64,000 bases of DNA from Candidatus Omnitrophota bacterium. Lineage in GTDB: Bacteria; Omnitrophota; Gorgyraeia; 2-01-FULL-45-10. Every line of letters begins with the position of its first letter. Within the stretch, counting starts at the first letter, position 1. The stretch covers positions 13,266 through 77,265 of the forward strand of contig JAQUQN010000001.1 in the NCBI GenBank assembly GCA_028716065.1, written 5' to 3'. The position numbers and the translations under genes were made by a program. The notes under the pieces were generated by a model. That model made no database searches and had not been told where the DNA came from. It was given only the letters and a program-made list of their open reading frames with translations. This document shows positions 57,787 through 64,000 of this stretch, in pieces.

Positions 57787-59173
57787 TAAGAAAGCACCAA
57801 GCTGGGACCAGCTGCATACATGGTTCGTCGACAGGTTGTCGCACCATCCTCATGGTTCGGCCGCTGCGGGCCAGAAAGATGGTTCAGCTCCAGCGCCAGA
57901 CGGTAAGGAACGGTCAGAGCCAAGGCTGGATTATCAGTCATTTCTCGAGCGTGCGTCCAGGACCATGATCCGTTTCAAGAAGCCGGAGCATCTCATAAAG
58001 ATGATAGTCCGGACCATCGACGAACAGCTCAAGGTGACCCATACGGCGGTATTATTATTCAAAGAAGAGAAGCAATCCTTCATATTGATCGATTCGAAGG
58101 GTAGCGAAGGGAAGAAGATACCCGTCGGATTCATAAAATTAACTACGGACAACCCTTTAATAGCCGCGTTCAGCGAAAGACGTTCCTACCTCATATCGGA
58201 TACCGGTATCGTTAATTATCGCGACATAATCGAGAGCTTAAAAAACAGGGATATCTTGGAACGTCAGCCCGATCTCTATGATAGATTGATTGCCATCAAG
58301 AAGCAGATGGATCTGATAAAGGCGAACCTTTGCATTCCGTGCTACTTTAAGAGGGACCTGCTTGGCATATTGGTATTGGGTGAAAAGATATCCGGAGAGC
58401 CGTTCAGCAGGGAAGAGATGGGATTCTTCGTAACGCTGGCCAATGACGCAGCCATGGCGATAGCAAATGCGCTACTCATCGATAACCTTCAGCAGAAGAT
58501 AGAGGAGATAAAGGAACTTTTCATAAAGGAGCACAGGATATTCATACATACCTCCATAGCGCTCGCCGCTGCCATCGATGCCAGGGATCCCTACACACAC
58601 GGCCATACCGAACGTGTCACGAATTTCTGCCTAGCCATAGCGAGAGAGCTGGAAGGCGTGCCCGAAGTATCCAATTATCCTAATTTCAGGGAGACGCTGC
58701 AGATAGCCGCGCTTCTTCATGATATAGGTAAGATCGGTATTCCCGATCATATATTGAATAAGCACGGCCGGCTCACGCCGGAAGAGTTCGAAGAGATAAA
58801 GAAACATTCCGTAATAGGAGCGACTATCCTGTATCCGATCAAGGAGCTGGGAGACGTGGCAAGGGAGGTCCGTTATCACCAGGAATGTTTCGATGGTTCC
58901 GGCTATCCGGATGGCCTTAAAGGTACCGACATACCTTTGGTAGCCAGGATAATAGCCGTGGCTGACGCTTTCGATGCCATGACCACCAATAGGCCCTACC
59001 GCAAGAAGAAGACGATAGAAGACGCTATACAGGAGTTAAAACGCTGTTCCGGAACACAGTTCGACCCTTTAATAGTGAGCGCATTCCTTCTGGCCTACGA
59101 AAAGGGCAGCATCCTCAACGGTGTCAATAGAGCCATTAACGGTTCTACTAATGGTAATGGTATAAAGAAGTAG
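57776..59173 (+). CDS. GAF-HD-GYP c-di-GMP phosphodiesterase (second in the window)
   Basis: GAF domain plus HD (ALLHDIGKIGIPD) and GYP (GSGYPDG). GTG start overlapping the upstream RR gene. Confidence 0.8.
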   Translation: MSADKKAPSWDQLHTWFVDRLSHHPHGSAAAGQKDGSAPAPDGKERSEPRLDYQSFLERASRTMIRFKKPEHLIKMIVRTIDEQLKVTHTAVLLFKEEKQSFILIDSKGSEGKKIPVGFIKLTTDNPLIAAFSERRSYLISDTGIVNYRDIIESLKNRDILERQPDLYDRLIAIKKQMDLIKANLCIPCYFKRDLLGILVLGEKISGEPFSREEMGFFVTLANDAAMAIANALLIDNLQQKIEEIKELFIKEHRIFIHTSIALAAAIDARDPYTHGHTERVTNFCLAIARELEGVPEVSNYPNFRETLQIAALLHDIGKIGIPDHILNKHGRLTPEEFEEIKKHSVIGATILYPIKELGDVAREVRYHQECFDGSGYPDGLKGTDIPLVARIIAVADAFDAMTTNRPYRKKKTIEDAIQELKRCSGTQFDPLIVSAFLLAYEKGSILNGVNRAINGSTNGNGIKK

Positions 59174-59192
59174 GGGACATTTAAATGTCCCC
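59173..59192. terminator. Perfect 20-nt palindrome GGGGACATTTAAATGTCCCC immediately after the HD-GYP stop (no U-tract)
   Basis: 10-bp arms with zero loop. A possible operon-end hairpin or protein site. Confidence 0.3.
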
Positions 59193-59321
59193 GATCCCCA
59201 CCATTAAATAAAACAAACATCAAACTTTTGTATAACCTTACCTACTTTTATAACTTATTGTATTTAAATAAGTTACATTAATCGATTTTATAAAATTCTA
59301 ACTTTCTAAAATTTAACACTA

Positions 59322-59349
59322 TTGCAAGACGATATCTTTGTGCTATACT
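59322..59349 (+). promoter_or_regulatory. Promoter TTGCAA-N16-TGnTATACT
   Basis: Located at 59322-27 and 59341-49, upstream of the RBS AAGGTGA and ATG 59400. Confidence 0.4.
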
Positions 59350-59399
59350 TATATATGCTTACACTCACTTGCACCTTACAAAGAAAGAAGGTGATTAGG

Positions 59400-59639
59400 A
59401 TGAGAGTATTGCTAATTCTAAAAAATAGTCCTGCCCAAAGGTACGTGGTAAATCTCTACACCAAATCTCTAATCAGGGAAGTGAAGGATCTGATAAACCG
59501 GCGCCGGCTAGAACAGGCGATGGAGATGATCGTCAAAAAGGGTAACTTTGAGGGTATGATCTCAGATACGGAACTTCCCACACTTGAGGCGGATTTGATA
59601 CTTTCGAAGACCGCGGCCAGCTGGGACATGACGAAATGA
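59400..59639 (+). CDS. Small hypothetical protein (79 aa)
   Basis: ORF with a good RBS. No recognisable domain. The track's TTG start at 59322 overlaps the promoter. Confidence 0.35.
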   Translation: MRVLLILKNSPAQRYVVNLYTKSLIREVKDLINRRRLEQAMEMIVKKGNFEGMISDTELPTLEADLILSKTAASWDMTK

Positions 59640-59662
59640 CGGGATTTTTAATGCGGGATATC

Positions 59663-60214
59663 TCAGACCGCGGGCGGGCTCATGACAGAGATGAGCACGG
59701 TTTCACCGGTAGCGAGATTCCTGAAATGATGCGGAATGGATGAATTAAAATATAGAGTATCTCCTTTTATCAGATTATGTTTTTCATTTCCTATAACCGC
59801 TTCAATCTTTCCTTCCAGTATATAAATAAACTTTTCGATCCCCGGCTTCGTCTCCTCTTTATGTGTGGCGCCGCCCCTTTGGAGCTTTATCAAGACAGGC
59901 AGCATTTTCTTATTAAGGGCATTGGCAGCCAGCATCTCCGACGAAGATTTCTTATTATGGACGAAAACATCGCTGTGGCTTTTGCCGGTCTTGACTTCAA
60001 CGGTCTTTTTGGAAGGGGCCAGGTCCTTGTAGAGGTCTGGCAGGGTTATGCCGAGCGCTTCGCATATCTTCATGTGAGATTCAAGCGTGCCGGTCATCTT
60101 GCCGTTTTCCATCCGGCTTAACGTGGCGAGGGCAACACCCGACTTATCAGCCAATTCCGCGAGCGTCATCCCTTTTTCTTTCCTCAAATCATGCAGCACA
60201 CTTCCAATTTCCAT
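59663..60214 (-). CDS. XRE-family HTH transcriptional regulator with a C-terminal cupin domain; the only minus-strand gene
   Basis: GMTLAELADKSGVALATLSRMENGK HTH_3 and a cupin fold (GDTLYFNSSIPHHFRN). It has its own TTGACA-N16-TATACT promoter on the minus strand at 60237-60264. Confidence 0.8.
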   Translation of the reverse strand: MEIGSVLHDLRKEKGMTLAELADKSGVALATLSRMENGKMTGTLESHMKICEALGITLPDLYKDLAPSKKTVEVKTGKSHSDVFVHNKKSSSEMLAANALNKKMLPVLIKLQRGGATHKEETKPGIEKFIYILEGKIEAVIGNEKHNLIKGDTLYFNSSIPHHFRNLATGETVLISVMSPPAV

Positions 60215-60309
60215 ATCAATCCTCTTTTTGTTTTAAAGTATACCTTAAGTTTAATAATTGTCAAGGCGGATTTGATTAATATGAAATTTGATAAAAAATC
60301 AAAATTGAC

Positions 60310-60338
60310 TTGACAAATCTGAAAATCAATGATATACT
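60310..60338 (+). promoter_or_regulatory. Sigma70-type promoter TTGACA-N17-TATACT for the leader and adhesin transcript
   Basis: TTGACA 60310-15 and TATACT 60333-38. Confidence 0.5.
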
Positions 60339-60506
60339 TATGGTAGTTTAGAGATAAAAAAGTCAGCTTATATTTCTTGTAAAACTTTTAAAAAAATGCT
60401 ATGCTTAATTTATAAACAAAGGCGTGCTTGGCAGCAAGGAAGCAATGGCCATACCAATTAATCACAAGGCGGTTGTTGTGAGGTTAATCTGGTATTACAA
60501 AAACTC

Positions 60507-60543
60507 AAGCTTATCAGGCCGGGTTGTGTTTAAAACCCGGCCT
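60507..60543 (+). terminator. Intrinsic terminator/attenuator located between the promoter and the adhesin start codon
   Basis: GGCCGGGTT / AACCCGGCC 9-bp stem with a 7-nt loop, then TTTTTCTTTT. It ends 38 nt before ATG 60581. Confidence 0.6.
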
Positions 60544-60580
60544 TTTTCTTTTATGTATTTAAAAACATTTATTTAACGCC

Positions 60581-63500
60581 GAGGTGACCCATGTTACTAC
60601 CAAACAAATTGAAGTTTCTTTTCAGGACGATATCGGTTTGCGTCATCTTTCTCTTTCTCTGGCAGCAGATAACGTGGGCGGCAGGCGCTGATTTATTGAA
60701 TAACACCGTAACTACCACCGAAACCACCTCTGACGGAATGACGCCGGAGGCTCTAAAATCCAGCCAGAATACGGTAGAGTCGATCATAACCACAAAGAAC
60801 GCGATAGAGACATCGAAGGCTTCCTCGACCCCTTCTTATACGTATACTTATTATAAAAGCGGTCTCATCCAGTCCGTCACCTTAAGTTCGCCCGACCAGT
60901 TCGGCAATATCTATTATTATTATCTCAATGAGAACTGGAATGGCCAGGGCCACGGCAGGATCTTCAAAACCAAACGTCAGGACCCATTAGATGGAGAGCT
61001 TTCCTATATATACTATTACTATGGGAAGACGGACAGGATAAGAATTCGCAGGGGCTATGCCACCTCCACCTGGACCAAGTTGTCATCCAACTACTATTAC
61101 AACAACAACGCCGCAAACAGGCTATCATACAGGCAGCTTGCGGCCCCCGATTCTCAAGGCTTTATCTACTACCACTATATAGATGAAGACTTCAACGGCC
61201 AGGGATACGGAAGAGTCGATAAGACAAGGCGTAAAGTTGCCTTAAACGGGGAACTCTCTTATACCTATATATATTATGCCAACTCCGACAGGATCCAGAC
61301 CGCCAGCGCCTATGGTACGGCTTCATGGACCAAACTTCGTTCTACATACACTTATTATAATAATGACAGTAATAGAATAGAGTCGAATACCCTCATAACC
61401 GCCGATAAATCGGGCAATGTCTATTATCACTACCTGGATGAGAATTGGCAGTCCCAGGGTTATGGCAGGGTGGATAAGAAGGTTCGTAAAACCGCCGATT
61501 TGAGCGACGCCAAGTCATATACGTTTATCTATCATCCCGGCATGGACAAAGTGAAGTACGAATATGATTATAGAAACAGCGACTTCACGTCATTGTTCGT
61601 AATAAAGGAGTATAACACGGCCGGAGTTATTATAAAAACGACGCAGGTTTCCGACGGAACTTATACCTTTTACGCCTCAGGCCGATTCGAATCCGTTACC
61701 TATGCTGTTCCGGATGCCTCCGGTAACACCTACTATCACTACTTGGATGAGGACTGGAATGGCCAGGGCTATGGCAGGGTAGACAAGTCCAGAAGACAGA
61801 CCGCATCGAATGGAGAATTAACCTACGCTTATATATATTATGCTGATGGCACGGGAAGACTCAAAGAGAAGAGGTCTTATTCAGATAACAATTGGACGAG
61901 CCTCGTATCCATTTATACCTATTATAACGATTCCAACGGAAGGCTCCAATCAAAGTATGACCCCTCTACAGGCATAACAACCGCTTATTACAATGATTCA
62001 AATAACAGGATAGAGTCAAGAACCTTGGCCACGCCCGATGCTGGAGGTAATATCTATTACCATTATCTGAATGAGGATTGGAATAATCAGGGATATGGAA
62101 AGATAGATAGGCAAGATGCGTCGAATGGCGATTTCGTCACTTTCGAATACTGGTCATCCGGGAATAAAAAGGTGGAGGCTTTCTTTGAACAAGACAGTAC
62201 CTGGCAGAAGACGATCGAATATTGGGAAGATGGTATAACCTTGCGCCGGTACGAGATTGCCGATTATAATCCCAGCCCGACGGGAATAGAAGTCTGTTAT
62301 GATTATGATAATCAAGGGCAACTCATAAAGAAGACATTCGATAACGGTGATTTCATTACCTACGAATACTGGTCTAGCGGAAATGAGAAACAGGAAGCAT
62401 TTTTCGATGTAAACTGGAACTGGCAAAGGACGATTGAGTATTGGGAGGATGGTAGCACCTTACACCACCAGTGGTTTGCCGATTACGATCCTACACCTAC
62501 CAGATACCTTGTTTATTGTGAGTACGATGACCTCGGCAGAGTAATAAATAATAGTTTCGATAATGACGATCGCCTCCTGATTGAATACTGGTTGTCGGGT
62601 AATAAAAAACAAGACGCATTTTTTAAGGAAAACTGGACCTGGCAATATACGATCGAATACTGGGATAACGCTACTTCCATTAAACACTATGAGTGGATCG
62701 CTGATGCAAATACCGGCACCGCAGGTGATATTACTAACTACGAATACGACGAACAGGAAAGGGTGGTGGCCGAAAGATTTGATACTGGTGATTTTGTCCT
62801 TATTGAATATTGGTCTTCCGGCAATAAAAAACAGGACGCATTTTTTAAACAAGATTGGACATGGCAATATACCATCGAATACTGGGATAGCACTACCTCT
62901 ATTAAACATTATGAGTGGATCACCGACGCAAATCCAGGCGCAGAAGGAGATGTAGTCTATTGCGAACATAATTCCACAGGCGCTGCGATAAAGCTGACAT
63001 ATGATAACGGTGAAACATGCGAATACGATGATCAGGGCAGAGTTACAAAGAAAACGCTTCCGAACGGCGATTTTATTCTCACCGAATATTGGTCCTCCGG
63101 CAACAAGAAAATAGATGAATTCTTCAGCGCAGAAAATGTCTGGCAGAAGACGATCAAATACTGGGATGACGCTAATAACTATATTGAATCCGTATCATTA
63201 GCTATACCCGATACCGATGGTAATAGCTATTACCACTATCTAGATGAGAATTGGCAAAATCAGGGATATGGAAAGATAGATAGGTTGCGGAGATCTGATG
63301 CCGATGAGGAAGGCGCTATCGGCTATGAGTACACTTATTATTATAATGGCATGACAACGGGGGATTCGGAGAGTGACGGACAAAATGAGATTATAGCCGA
63401 TTTCGGCTATGACGGCCTTTGGATATATAGAAATAACGAATGGACCCGTCTTTCTACTTATGATGCTGATGCCTGTAGCATAGCAGACGCCACAGGTGAC

Positions 63501-64000
63501 GACAAGAACGATATAATTGTAGATTTTGGAAGCAAGGGTTTCTTTGTATATTCCAACAACGGCTGGACACAACTCTCAACTTATGATGCTGAAGTTTTTA
63601 CAATAGCAGATGCCACTGGTGACGGTAAGAACGACATAATCGTAGATTTTGGAAGCAAGGGTTTCTTTGTATATTCCAACAACAGCTGGACACTGATCTC
63701 AACTTATGATGCTGAAGTTTTTACAATAGCAGATGCAACAGGCGACGGCAAGAACGATATAATCGTAGATTTTGGGAGCAAGGGTTTCTTTGTATATTCC
63801 AACAACGGCTGGACACAGCTTTCCCAATGGGATGTTGAAATATTCAGTATAGCAGACGTCACGGGAGATGATAAGAACGAAATAATAGGAGATTTCGGAG
63901 ACAATGGTTTTTGGGTCTATTCCAATGGTTCATGGAATGAACCTTCTATCTGGGATGCTGAGGCCTTTACAGTGACGGAGGTTACCGGCGACGGTAAAAA
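60581..64000 (+). CDS. Giant secreted repeat protein (adhesin-like): signal peptide, six YYHYLDENWNGQGYGR-type modules, five EYWSSGNKK...WQ.TIEYWD modules, then FG-GAP/VCBS-like repeats; continues past the window end
   Basis: Open in one frame from ATG 60581 to position 64000 with no stop. Absent from the ORF track because no stop is reached. Hydrophobic signal-like N-terminus. Confidence 0.8.

Noticed and set aside
60340-60545. Assignment of the adhesin leader to a named riboswitch class (c-di-GMP-I/II and others)
   Set aside because: No convincing match to the consensus elements I can recall. It is left as an unclassified terminator-bounded leader or sRNA candidate.
62154-63572. Minus- and plus-strand ORFs (62154-62426, 62460-62969, 62581-62955, 63240-63572) inside the repeat region
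   Set aside because: They overlap the single long plus-strand adhesin frame that is open from 60581 to the window end. Repeats generate spurious alternative frames.
66-64000. Dozens of minus-strand ORFs of 60-250 aa in the track (for example 238-594, 3601-4080, 5646-6206, 9540-10271, 27874-28581, 30351-31055, 32595-33689, 42659-43132, 43155-43670)
   Set aside because: All lie antisense inside well-supported plus-strand genes. They are low-complexity or Arg/Ser/Pro-rich and have no domain signatures or RBS context. They are treated as shadow ORFs.

Overview
This window reads as a gene-dense bacterial segment, about 45% GC, with 80+ genes on the + strand and only one on the - strand. Omnitrophota/PVC-like is only a guess. 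In order it contains: mrdA(3' end)-rodA; a B12/radical-SAM gene; a c-di-GMP-linked type IV pilus super-locus (GGDEF-pilT-MshEN-pilB-pilB-pilC-pilA-pilA-minor pilins-pilMNOPQ); a DUF2344 gene; rng-rplU-rpmA-obg-proB-proA-nadD; a repeat-rich structured leader in front of a tiny zinc-ribbon gene; rsfS; an HD-GYP gene; argS; a short mfd; two SurA/PpiC genes; pdxA-rsmA; a 700-bp non-coding structured region; gatCAB; ctpA; tsaD; mgtC; a bactofilin-HTH fusion with an adjacent HTH/TM gene; larBC; and a PDZ protein. The most unusual region is a 12-gene translationally coupled operon at 48.2-59.2 kb. It encodes a type-II-FAS-like module (a His-less KAS partner, an acyl-ACP-reductase homolog with the catalytic Cys, FabG, ACP, a canonical KAS, a nitroreductase and a CrtI-like oxidoreductase) fused to a histidine kinase, two receiver proteins and an HD-GYP phosphodiesterase. 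This looks like an undescribed specialised fatty-aldehyde/polyene-type lipid pathway under c-di-GMP/two-component control. Other non-standard signals: a 29-nt perfect palindrome at three sites, one of them inside a pilin leader; a 68-nt duplicated segment; tandem 42-nt hairpin repeats; an MITE/ncRNA-like element with 14+11-bp terminal inverted repeats; a recurring TTGACA-N16/17-TATACT promoter; and a giant FG-GAP/VCBS-like repeat adhesin with near-identical 123-nt DNA repeats running off the window end. All calls rest on reading the sequence and on motif recall; no database search was possible.
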